From Phoronis australis (taxonomy: Eukaryota > Animalia > Phoronida): a stretch of DNA of 64,000 nucleotides. The stretch is from assembly GCA_002633005.1 (NCBI GenBank), contig NMRA01000003.1:1726503-1790502 (forward strand). The letters run 5' to 3'. The notes below the pieces were generated by a model. That model had not been told where the DNA came from and did not search any database. It worked only from the letters and a program-made list of their open reading frames with translations. The position numbers and the translations under genes were made by a program. How positions within the stretch are numbered: position 1 is the stretch's first letter; each line of letters starts with the position of its first letter. Of this stretch, positions 1-11,707 are shown piece by piece.

Positions 1-25
1 GGGACGTTTGTTTGTTAGACAGGTC

Positions 26-240
26 AACAATGTGTTGGCCGCTCTTGAACAAGTTCAGTCCACAACTGTGTGAACAATGTGTTGGCTGCTCTTGAACAAG
101 TTCAGTCCACAACTGTGTGAACAATGTGTTGAACAAGTTCAGTCCACAACTGTGTGAACAATGTGTTGGCTGCTCTTGAACAAGTTCAGTCCACAACAGT
201 GTGAACAATGTGTTGAACAAGTTCAGTCCACAACTGTGTG
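26..240. repeat. Minisatellite, 5 units of 47/37 bp (order long-long-short-long-short)
   Basis: Unit AACAATGTGTT(GGCTGCTCTT)GAACAAGTTCAGTCCACAACTGTGTG repeats head-to-tail; short units lack the 10-bp segment. Confidence 0.95.
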
Positions 241-2223
241 AGAGTCACACTTATCAACGGGTCATTTATCACTGGTCATTTTTAGACAAACCCTTAATCT
301 CTTATTGACATTAAGTTATTTTTTTCGATTGAACTAGTTAAACTGTATTTGTGTCTCTATTGAAAATGCGTACCTGCTATGTTGGTCAATGTTAACGACT
401 TATCCATTAACCATCTTGCACCATATTTACAAAGCATCAATTTTGACACTGCCTCAAAATATTCCACTCACATCAATTTAACTCATGGTAGAAAAGTGAC
501 TACTGGTAACCCTTCACTTATTTCGCATAAAAATAACTTGAATAACAGCAAAAAAAAACCCATTTCTGTAGCCTGCAAATACGGACTACTAGTACCCAAG
601 TTACTATAAATGATCCATATTTCACCAGATGGTGTTTACGACAGCTCTTTAACACACTTAACTAACGGTTGTCAAGAGTGAAACTATGAATGTTCATTTT
701 TTTACTTAAGAAACCTGAAAATTTTTAATTCTAATTTGCAATATTGTGTGCTTAATTGGTGAAGAATTACCATCTAGTTTCCATGCAGGGAAAACTGACG
801 GATACCGAAAACATAGAGCAAGCTATGGAAGACTGTAATTAGGCTTTGTTTTCCACCATTTTATCGTAGCTACCTATGGTGTATTCATTCCAGTAATTTT
901 GTGTTCCGTCTCAGTTCAGGCTATTGCACAGCACCCCTTGTACATTCACCTTTAACTCGACTTCAGTCATTTGCAATGCATTGTGGGATACCAGTCACAC
1001 AGAAAAGGTATGCCTACATTTCTGGCCAACAGGTGGCATGGATGACTGATATTCCACAAATCACTGCGAAAAGGTCAATAGCACAAGCACTAGGCTCTTG
1101 TAGTTTCCAAGAGCTAAAATTTTGTGTTCACGCATGCCTCAGTTGTTCGACCGATTTGGTTTACTTCTTGAACAAATGTCACGAGGAAATTATTTATTAC
1201 TCGATATTTGCACAGATTGAAATCAACTTAAGTGTGAATTTGGCTAAACATGTCAAAGTGGCGTAGACCAGAGTTCAAAATAAATGTGATATAACAATGA
1301 GTAGAAGTTGTTACTGTGGTCCAGTATCATACACCTAAGAGATATAGGTAGGATCTTGTGGCGACAAATAAATTGTCAATTGATTGTTCTTTAACAAAAC
1401 TGCATTTCTTATTATATAACACCTGTCTGAATGTGTTGAAGAGCTCCTGGAGCAAGACCCACCTTCTCTTGTTGTGCAACTGCTAGAATTAAACATGTTT
1501 TGCAGCAGGTATTTTGAAAAAACATGGTGATTGCCTATAACCTACATGACCAAGTGTGTAGTGGAAAAAAATCTAGTCGGTTTCACACGAATACCTGCGA
1601 CAATATAATATGCGAATTTGTCTGTCATTTAACTAAACAAGCCAATTGAAAAATCATGAACACGTTACATTCTGCAGAACACAGTACATAAAACAATGTG
1701 AAACTGAAAAAATCCATTTATTATATACATTTTGCTACACTTGTTTATCGGACTACATTTACAACTTCAGGTTAACTGTCGCAGTCATGGCATAAAAAAA
1801 AAGATTGCCCGTCAAAATATCCAACAAGTGACGTTAAACTTGTATAACGCCTACTAGAGTAGCCCATCAATACAAATGAAATAGTTGGCTAGGCATCATC
1901 AACGGAGTATTCAATGTATGTTGCTTTAATAATGTTTCTCTGTTGATGACGTCACTCACTTGGTTCAATTAATGAATTATTTGTCTATTCCAGCACAGTG
2001 CAAGGTACAATTTAAAAGTGTCTATTTCATGTTCAGACTTAATTAAAAACAAAAATGTAAAAAAGTAAGTCTGCTGGATTTTCATAAGAGTACGCAAAGC
2101 ACTCGACATACCGGTACACTTTTTACATTTGAAGCTATCGTGGTTATACTTTAATTGTTCAACACACTTTTCTTCAGACCATTCACAAACTAATTACAAT
2201 AAATAATAATCTAAAAGTCCTCC

Positions 2224-5200
2224 TCATTTACTGATTGTATACAGAAATTCATCCTTGGGGTTTTCTACATCTTCCGGACGCCTCACTGAAAACAACAGGT
2301 AAAAGAAGTGAGAAACTGAAAGAGTACGGTAAACTCCAGAAAGAGATCCACTAATTAGAGGCCACATTTCTTAACAAAACAATAAATATCAGGTGCTCAA
2401 AATAAAACAAAGTTTTACAAAAAATTACAAATTCAAAGAAATATTCTACAGTTAAATTTTCCAAAAATATGAACCGTGGCAAAAACAGCAGTTTAATTCT
2501 TTCATAAGATCAACTCTTCACAAAAGTTTGCACATGTAGGTTTCATTAATTGGGATATACATAACAAATAAAAATTTGCATGCATTGTTAATCAACGACT
2601 ACAACCATTCTTTTTTCAAATGGAATTCTCAAGGACAATTTTACATCACAGTGCAGTAATGAGTACAAAGAAATAATAACCAATATTGTATTGATATAAC
2701 TTTTAGCATCAAACGAGATGACTTGGTGCAAATTCATTCCCTGGCAGTTGCTATTCATAGCACCTTCACAAAATGTACCCATGGACGTTACATACTACTA
2801 GATCAGTGTGCAGTCAAGTTTACATACTACTAGATCAGTGTGCAGTCAGGTTTACAATGGCCAATGTGTATTGAATGTAATCAGCTACTTTCATCACAAA
2901 GATCTGTTTTCTTAAATATTTGTTTACATGTTATCTGTAAATTTTCAAAATCCTTTGATCACAGAATCTTAAAATGTTTACCAAAATATTGCCCAGATAT
3001 TCATTACCACAGATTTAATACTAAAAATCAAGATTTTTAATGGAAATTGCAGTTATTTCCAAAAACATGATTGTTTGCGTGGAATTAGCAACAACACTGA
3101 GGATTTTCTTTTAAGGCCTTATAGCCAGAGAACTCCCCTGTCAAAAATGAACAAGTCAACATTCCTTGAAAAAATCTTGATTTTTGATGGTTGCACTCTA
3201 GAGTAAAATGTCTTTAAAATAAAATCTCAAACATACTTATTGTACTTAACAGAATAAAGAAAACAAATTTGCAACTCATGTTTGAGAAAAATACGGTGGA
3301 AATTTAAAAATAAGCCAACTAGCCATTTCTGATATCTGATGCTCCGTAGTAAGCCAAATTTAAATATTTTGTAAAGATCCAACAGAAAACTTAAAGGAAC
3401 ATTGTCGGCAATATTTTTCAAAAATGAGCACCAGCCCGGATTCGAACCCTCTAGGTCCCTAGTAGCAGCCAAATGCTCTGGCACTGAGCCAAATTTGACA
3501 AAGTAAATAACTGAGTATTTAAGAGTATTTACATGAAAACAACATCGGCACGATTTCAGCGAATGTCTGTCAGACAATGGTGTGAATTGGCGCTTTGTAA
3601 TACAAGAGCAACGCGGAGCGTTGAAATGCGCCCACAAATGCATTGCAAATGTTGTGCATTTAGGGTTGCTTATTTGTATCATAAAATGGGCACTAGATTG
3701 AGCAAAAACATACAATCCGTCCGAAAATGGGAACATGTCATTGCTTCTTTAATAGAAAGCTATACACCAAATTCCAAATTTCATAGAAATCCGCCAAGGA
3801 ACTTCAGAGAAACAAAGGAAAACAGAATAAAATGAAATTGCCATTAGGGGCACAATGTTCATTGGATCTGGCTGAAAGTTGTCATTGTCTGTTGTTCACT
3901 TCATATAAATACACTTACTAAATTTAATAAAGATGCTCCAGTGGGTTTAGGAGATACAGCTATAGGCGCAAAACAGAACAAAACTACCAGTAGAGTAGAG
4001 TAGTCAAAGTCGTCATCATCAACCGTCCTCTTCACACTGAGAATATATATGCCAATTTTCAAAACCATCCTTAGAATTATTTGGTTGATACAGAGGTAGA
4101 CGCCAAAAAAACAGACTCGAAAACACCAAAAATGGTGCAAATTACCTTGATTCTATCCAAAAACGGGAGGATAGCGTCATCTCATCAATAGATGCCCGTA
4201 TTCAAATTTTTTTGAAAATCTGTTGAGGACCCTTGAAGATACAGAGGTAAACGTAAAACTTAAATTGCCACCAGGGGGCATACCAGTACTCAGATCCATC
4301 CCAAAATCATTGTCCTTCGTTGTCAACATTTAAATACACTTCTTAAATTTAGTAAAGATCCTACAGAGATACAGCTATGGGCGCAAAAAAGAAACAGCCA
4401 CTAGGAGGGGCCACAGTAGTCAAAGTCATCGGAAAATCATCGTCAGCCGTCCACTTCATAGTAAAAACATATATGCCAATTTTCACAATTATCCTGAAAG
4501 CGGTTTGGTTGATAGAGGAGTGGACGCCAAAAAACAGACTCAAAAACAGTAAAAATGGCCACTAGGTAGCACAAACTACGTCGAATCCATCTGAAAATGG
4601 AAAGATAGCGTCACCTCACTAACAGAAGCCAGTATGCCAAATTTTATGAAAATACGTTGAGGACCTTTGAAGATACAGAGAAAAAAATTAAATTGCCACT
4701 AGGTGGCACACCAGTAGTCCGATCTCACCGAAAGTTGTCGTCGTCCATTGTAAACATCATATAAATGCACTAACTAAATTTAGTAAAGATGCTGCAAAAG
4801 GGTTTAGGAGATAAAGCCCTAGGCGCAAAAAACAAAACTGCCACTACGAGGCGCCACAGTAGTTGAACCGTCCTCTTCGTAGTAAGAACATACATGTCAA
4901 TTTTCACAATCATGCTCAGAACAGTTTGTTTGATAGAGGGGTGGACGTCAAAAAACAGACTCGAAAATAGTAAAGATGGCCACTAGGTGGCGCAAACTAC
5001 ATCGAATCCATCTGAAAACGGGAGGATGTCGTCGTTTCACTAATCGATGCCTATACCAAATTTCATGAAAATAACATGAGGACCTTTGAAGATACAGAGG
5101 TAACGTAAAAAACTAAAATTGCCACCAGGGGGCACACCGGTAGTCAGACACATCTGAAAGTTCGCTCATGATGTCCTATCCATGTAAGGAACACATATAA

Positions 5201-8200
5201 ATATGTGGGCGCATAAAAATCACAAAAACAAAACAAATTTTGTTGTTTTACAGCTCTGATCTAAGCTAACGACTTCAAGACGTCATAACAATAACCAAAA
5301 CCACTAACAATAATCAAAAATGAGTTTTTTGATGGAAAACCAATAATTTGCGTTGCCATTAATTGCAAAAGCAGTTAGGTTCGTGGCTTTAGTGTTTGTT
5401 GATCACTGTGAGAAACCTTAATTGGTGTTCTATTCAGCNNNNNNCCCCCCCCCCCCGCCATTCTATACAACTGTGTTTTGGTATTTCCTCCTTTGTTCTC
5501 GTTGTTACTCAATATGACAGGAAAAAGTACGGCAGCACTTAATAGGATTAAGTGATCTACCATGTCAAACTCTGATTACACAAATACATGTAACAATGTT
5601 ACGGCAGTATTATATCATTAAACGAGAGCAATGCACAGTGTTGAACTATGCTTATAACTGCACCGCAAATGATATGCTTCTTGGAAACATATATCAAATT
5701 TCATCAAGACTAATCAAAGAAATACACTTGGTACATATATTAAGGCACACGCAAAAAATAAAATTTTCCACCAAGGAGCACCACAGTAGTTCGACTCGAC
5801 CAAAAGACAAAGCCATACTCATCTCAATGGCATCACAGCTCTGAGAGTCTTTAATGACTTTGTGGATAGAGAAGCAAACGCCAAAAAAACAAATGCAGCA
5901 ATGATAAAAATGGCAACGAGGGGTTGCAGTTTATGTAGAATCCATGAGCCCTCCAAAAATCAGAAGGTGTCACCATCCCTTAAATCAAATGGCCTTTGCT
6001 AAATTTTACGTAAATCCGTTGAGGAACTCGTTAGATATAAACTAAGGTCGATATGAAAAAACAAATTCTTTTAAGGGGTACAGCGGTAGTCAAATCTGAC
6101 CAGAAATTCAGTCATGCCATATCATCAATCATAGCAACACGTCTGCAACATTTGATGAATACCCATCAGTAGACACCAGTAAAAAAAGATGGCGGCATTG
6201 TGCATAAAAACAAAGGTCATTTCCCAACTTTTGATTTAGCTTAAAATGAGAAAGAAGCCTGACAACATACCGATGTAATGGTGTCGATAGCGGAACATTT
6301 CTCCTGAATCAAAATGAGTCTGTCTCCAGTAGACACCGTAAGCACCAATAGCAAGTCCTAGTAAACAAAGAGGAATAGATTTGGAAAATAACATTGTCAT
6401 CATCAATGGTGAACTCAGAAGCCATCAAATTATTGAAACTCAGCAAGGTACAATGGACATGTAGTATGCATATCTCAATTGTAGTTGACAAAAATTTGTT
6501 ATTAGATTTAAAATTCCTTTCATCACGAAAAGGTAAAATGGTAAAATATCTTTCGATCACTTGTTTTCTGGTTTTTGTAACTATAGCCAATTGCAGGGTA
6601 CAAGACTAGAGATTAGACCTTTTTACTTAGTCTTGTAGTACCTCATGGTGCACAAGACACCAAACCTCAATCGCTACTAAATAAACACATTCAAGTTGTC
6701 CAATAATTCTGTACCTACCAGTGACACCTAGACAACAGGAGACCATCACATCAGGAATCTCATGCCAGCCTTGTTTCCACAGCTGGGACACTGAAACCAA
6801 GAACTAATTGAAAGAGAACACTGAACTAAATACTCAGAAACTTGTTACTAGAATATAATAATCCGTAAAACTATCTGCATGATAACTGACATCTTAGCAT
6901 CATGTGGTCACAAATTAAATTAATTAAAATATTCTTTGAGAGTGACTGGTGAGCATATAAGTGTAGTTATTCCAAGCAATCTAAGATTGTGGTTTGGTGT
7001 GACGGAGTTTTCACAAGAATATACGCTTGAAGCTTGTTGCACTGAGAATTACCTGAATGAAAATACTTGTGGTAGTTGGTAATGCGTTATTAATACAAGG
7101 CACACTAGAACAGTATGTGTGAAGAGTGAAGTTATAGAGGTGCTGCTGTTGCAGAACATTATCAAAGTGGTATCAAAAGTAACAGACAATTATTTATATT
7201 GGTCAACCATTATGAGGCCTTGTACGGAGGGAAGGTCTTCGTTCACGTCATTTTGACGAGTTAGAAAAGATTGTACTCCACTAGCCCCTGCAAACAACTA
7301 CTCGACTCCAGAACCAAGATAGCTTATCTCGATCTTCAGAGCATAGAACCTCAGTGGTGTGGCACTAAGCCTGCGAATGGTGCCAAGGCCACATATTCCC
7401 CATTTCATTTTTTACAGCTTAAGGAAAAATATGGTAAGTCTTCTGTTAGAATGCAAATGAATCAACCACGTTTTGCAGTCGGCCACAGAAGTGTTAATTT
7501 ACACCCAATTTAAAAATACCTCTTCTACCTAGTAAGTTGTCTGTTCATGGTGGCAGTCCTATCAAAAATGAGCATAGAGTGCAAATATTAATTTTCATAG
7601 TCTTGAGAATGCATAGTTAATTTACATTTACACAAAAATTTCAGTCATCAATTAATTTACTTACGTATGTATATTTTGAAGTGTAAGCGGGCCTTTAAAT
7701 GCAATAAGGTTGCGTTCCGTCTAAGAAACGAAATTTTGATTTATAGCGTGGACAGCTATTAAATTGGTCCAGCTTTTTCCTTACTCATACAAGAAGTAAT
7801 ATTTTGTAAAGAATTGACACTTCGTTATTCCTCTTGACCGTGCTCAACAAAGAAAATGACACCGAGATAAGTCAACTTGGGGAACCTGGTCTCAAACAAT
7901 AACAAAACATCAGTTTTATAACAGTAAGTGATTTGAATTGGAAATTCTTTTTTGGACAAAAGGATGAATTTATGGCCCCTTTAAATGTCTCTAGGCAATG
8001 AACTCACTGACACTTAAGAGTTTGAGCAAGACCTCTTTCCAAAGCAACATATCTTAAATTATTTATACAGTTTTGTGTCGAGGCTAACCCAGGGCTTCAT
8101 CTAGGATTTCGAACATAGGGTGTCCAAAATGGGGTTCCTAATATTCCAGGGCGTCCATGATTCCAACGCCGCATTACCCCCCCCCNTTATATTCTGTACA

Positions 8201-11200
8201 ATGAGTCATCAAAGCTACAGTTACCAACAAAAGAAAAATGCACAGATGATGTTGGTTTATATTTTGACAACAGGTGTCACTGCTGCTCCATTTTAGACGC
8301 ACATAGAAAAGCATGAAACAGGCGAAAACTCAAACATTTTAAATGGGGATATTCTTGCGGCTCATCATATTATTAAAATAATGACATTTGTTTTGCTTTT
8401 GGTATTTTCAAAAAAAGATGAAGTACATGAAATTACAGCTCTGAAACACCAGTTTGGAGTTAAGCAAGGTCCATGTCCCTATACAAAGTACAGAATGGCA
8501 GTGACATGTGAATCTATTGAAAGCAGACACTCTGGCAACCAACCACGTGCTAATGATTGACAGGTCTACCAAATAGTTTGAATATTGCAACATTTTAAAT
8601 ACTTTGTATATTTCTTTCTGAGTTGAAAGGGCCAACTTCCCGCTTTGATTAACTGGGAGTCTTAGTAATCTTTCAATGTGGGTGTCCAAACTGGAGAAAT
8701 TCTGATTGACAGGGCGTCCAAATGATACATTGGGCGTCCTTACCAGGGCGTCTACATTAGTGCTAGGGCGTCCAAATGGACGCCCAGGACGTACGCTGCA
8801 TGAAGGCCTGGGCTAACCCTTCGTTAGGCGGTGGCACATCCCAATGACCTCATATGCCATGTACGCTGAGAGATTTTCTGCAAATTACACATCACCCTGA
8901 CTCAACCACCAAAGTCATGTCACTGTAAGTACCGTTTGAGCATAGAGGAACGTCTCAGGAAACCGTTGATGTTTTTGAATCCTCAAAACTCAAACAAATA
9001 CTTTGGGTATCAAGATTCCTTTCAAGTATCTCACTTCCACCAACAAAAGAATCTTGAACTAGCCATTTTAGTTGTGATTGCAATCCCACGCATGTCTTGT
9101 GTCAGCTATCGAAATTTTTTAATCTCATCACAGAAGACCTTATGACCTTGGAAGTAAAAAGCTTACTGTAAGCTAATCGTCAATGGCCTATACTGGATCG
9201 GTAGTGTTGGAATTGGGAACTTGGCTACCAGCTTTACTACTCTTATACCTCTGCTGCAAAATGGCAATGTTGACCAATGACAGTGTCATAGACGTATAAA
9301 GAAAAAATCTTGGTAAAAGTGGAGTAAACGGGCCCCTATTGAAAATGGCTGCCGGGAACCAGTTTTTACTGATTAATGGCAATGTCCGTTAATCAGTGAA
9401 AACTGATTCCTGGTGGTCATTTTGAAGAGGGACCAGTGTAGTGAGACGTTATTTCACTTGTCTCAATGCTGTGCTAGCCTTCTGCAGCGCACGCCCTCTG
9501 TCGGCATCGAAGGACAACTGTTGTTCGTCTTGGAGACTGCCGACGTTGGCTGCTCCAGCCCATATGCTGGTGATGGCCAATAAGGGTGCAATATGAATAT
9601 TCAGTGGCCCTTCTGCGGCCACTACACGTGCTGGGGTGAGGAGCGGGATTCGATAATCAGACCGCACACCAACCAGACGTATTCAGCTCAGACCACAGAT
9701 AACCCAACGCCAGAAATTTGTAACATTCTTGATCCGCTAGGAGACACTTAGCGCCATGTCCCTAACCAATCATAACAACGCACAGTAAGGTTAAAGGTCA
9801 AGAAGCTTGGGCGCTAGCACTGTGAACCCGAAGTCAGTATGTATAGTCTGCAGAGCAATACTTGTCAAGTTTACAATAACAGTATTTGGAATTTCTGGAA
9901 TTCTAGTCTACAGTACGACAGTGCTGGCTGGGTCACCGGGTCACAGTTCTCTGTTAACTTGTACACATACCCACAACATAAGTGAACTGAACGCCAGCCA
10001 GCCGCGTGTGCTAGCATTGGCTAAAGCGGACTGCCAAAGCGCTTTTTATTAATCTCCAGATGTTTACCAATACATATTTGTGTCCGGAATCCACTCCAAT
10101 GCAACAGTGTTGAAGTAAGACGAAGGGCAACGTACTGAGGATCACAAAAAAACGAAACAACATTTTGAAGATAACTTGTATCAACTACTCACAGGCGAAA
10201 CTTAGTTGCATAAAACTGTATAAAATCTGACTTTTTTCAAAATTCGAAAGTATTTCTAAACTCATACCGGATGAAAAAATGAACATAACAGTCTCTTACC
10301 GATTCTGAGCTAATCTCTCATCTACAGAGTGCAAATTTCAATGCAAGACAGCCAGGCGATCGGCAACATTTCATCTCACAGCACTGTACGTGGATCCATT
10401 TTCTGAACACAAGAGACGTGGAAAATTTTTCAAAAAACAGCATGAAATTTGGATCAGCAACCTCTGAGTACTCCTGGTAGTCACCTAGGCTATCGGCAAA
10501 TCCGATGGCAAAATGAATTCAGCCACAAACTTGACTTCAAAATGAGCTATGCGCTCAAATATTGGCTTCCAGACGATCGTTAACATAGTCCTGAACGGGG
10601 CAAACTTCAAACTTCAAGAGACATGGAAAAATTTTCACCAATGATGCTGATATTTAGTAGTAACAAGTCTTACCATACACTCTATGCGACAGGCTATCGG
10701 CAAATTGTATAGTTATATCCCCTCACTTATAAATTCCAGATTATACACTGTTCCTGTGTATTTCTTACGGAGGTCTGCTAGCAAAATTTAGCGCATGCGC
10801 AGTAGTGCATGTTACAAAATTCTAGCATTGCAGAAAATAACGTAAAATTGCGTGAGGACTTGACGGGGACCTCAGGGATCTCACACTCCACTGATTTATC
10901 CACATTATTTTGAAAACGCTTTGCCCAGTCACACATTGTGTGTCATAAAAGAGATAAGCATACCAGCAGCTGATGCAGCAAGTAGAACTACTCTCGTTCA
11001 TCACATTAGTGTAGACTCACAGTTGAACTGTGGTTTTCTGTAGACCCCAGACCGTCCTGAGTTGCACCATATACCAACTCTGGACGGTCTCTCACGATGA
11101 TTAAGCGTTATGATGTAAGGTAAGATGGCACTAGTGGGATATAGCGGCCCCTGATTTTGAGAACCAGTTTCATCCACTGAATAACAGGCCTGTTATTCAG

Positions 11201-11510
11201 TGATATGTCTCTTTACTTGAAAGGTACTTATAGCTACGTGACTTGGATGGTTTGACAGTGTTAGGACTGTGTCTGTGTGCGACTTGTGACTGTGCCCGAG
11301 CTGTGGCAAGCCACAAGTGTGTAATTTGTATCCGACGTACAGAGGGTTTATGGCGTGGATACTGTCTCTGAGCATGCTGAGATATTTTCAACCGAACCAG
11401 CTTCATTTCTCCTAAATTCAACATGTAATACAAAAACAGATCACTATCTAAATGTGTAAAATAACATTGGCCGTAATCTTACAGGTTCTCCTTCCAGCTT
11501 GCGACGCCAT
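2224..11510 (-). CDS. NDUFA3: NADH dehydrogenase (complex I) subunit NDUFA3/B9-like, invertebrate type, 82 aa, 4 coding exons
   Basis: Exons 11510-11483, 6790-6719, 6357-6271 and 2285-2224 have GT-AG introns, all phase 1, and total 249 nt. Translation: MASQAGRRTLSQLWKQGWHEIPDVMVSCCLGVTGLAIGAYGVYWRQTHFDSGEMFRYRHHYIVRRPEDVENPKDEFLYTISK. The W-x-E-I-P-D motif, single TM helix and RY...Y-x-V-x-R-x-x-D tail match my recollection of insect NDUFA3. The gene structure is strongly supported; the name is recognition from memory. Confidence 0.8.
2788..2856. repeat. Short tandem duplication (~32 bp x2)
   Basis: TTACATACTACTAGATCAGTGTGCAGTCA(A/G)GT occurs twice in tandem. Confidence 0.85.
3431..3491 (-). 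repeat. Degenerate tRNA-derived sequence (SINE head or tRNA pseudogene)
   Basis: The minus strand has an A-box-like TGGCTCAGTG and a B-box GGTTCGAATCC at tRNA spacing, but no acceptor stem. Confidence 0.55.
3602..5216 (-). mobile_element. Helentron/HINE-like non-autonomous element with central ~140-bp tandem array (~427-bp higher-order unit)
   Basis: Terminal hairpin CAACGC-GGA-GCGTTG, subterminal inverted repeats ATGCGCCCACA (3626) and TGTGGGCGCAT (5204), and internal degenerate monomers each carrying a CCAC(T/C)AG..GGC motif. Confidence 0.65.
5620..6210 (-). mobile_element. Older degenerate copy of the same array-bearing element
   Basis: Begins AAACGAGAGCAATGCACAGTGTTGAA like the 3602 copy and contains eroded monomers. 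Confidence 0.45.
8090..8810. mobile_element. Non-autonomous hAT-like TIR element (MITE)
   Basis: TIRs CAGGGCTTCAT / ATGAAGGCCTG, perfect 8-bp TSD GGCTAACC (8082-8089, 8811-8818) and subterminal GGGCGTCC repeats. A related copy lies at 52998-53489. Confidence 0.85.
9845..10010. repeat. Fragment related to the interior of the 18088-19334 / 62592-63827 element
   Basis: Shares CTGGAATT..AGTCTACAG...TGCTGGCTGGGTCA...AAGTGAACTGAA.GCCAGCCA with those elements. Confidence 0.6.
11127..11202. repeat. Fold-back (palindromic) MITE family, partial copy
   Basis: Core GAGAACCAGTTT...CACTGAATAAC AGGCCT GTTATTCAGTG. Relatives occur at 9330-9436, 12159-12212, 27047-27168, 52242-53649 and 55414-55487. Confidence 0.65.
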
Positions 11511-11707
11511 TTTCAGAAATACGCGCCTGAATTATTATAAATTCGACCAAAAAAAATCATTCAGCAATTTAAAACATTGTTGTCGCGATCAAGTCTGAGT
11601 GGTAACAAAGTGAAAAAATATACACTTTTTTGTGTTTAATCATAATGGATATCAAAAACCCATAGCTACCGTTAAAATAGTCGATACCATATTCATTGAA
11701 ATCCAAT
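11511..11707. promoter_or_regulatory. Putative bidirectional promoter shared by NDUFA3-like and GFER
   Basis: The divergent start codons are 198 bp apart. YY1-like AAAATGGCG and AATATGGCAGC motifs overlap the two ATGs. Confidence 0.7.

Noticed and set aside
26-240. CRISPR-like regular repeats
   Set aside because: The units are contiguous with no unique spacers, there are no cas genes, and the context is eukaryotic; this is a minisatellite.
915-1007. Possible plus-strand exon (CTCAG acceptor, AAG|GTATGC donor) within ORF 901-1266
   Set aside because: No recognisable protein in any frame and no partner exons found; it cannot be supported, though an upstream gene's end is not excluded.
3431-3491. 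Functional tRNA gene
   Set aside because: A and B boxes are present but there is no acceptor stem or clean cloverleaf; kept only as a tRNA-derived repeat.
9449-9667. 72-aa ORF or cassette exon in NDUFA3-like intron 1
   Set aside because: No recognisable motif, weak polypyrimidine tract, and inclusion would introduce a stop codon.
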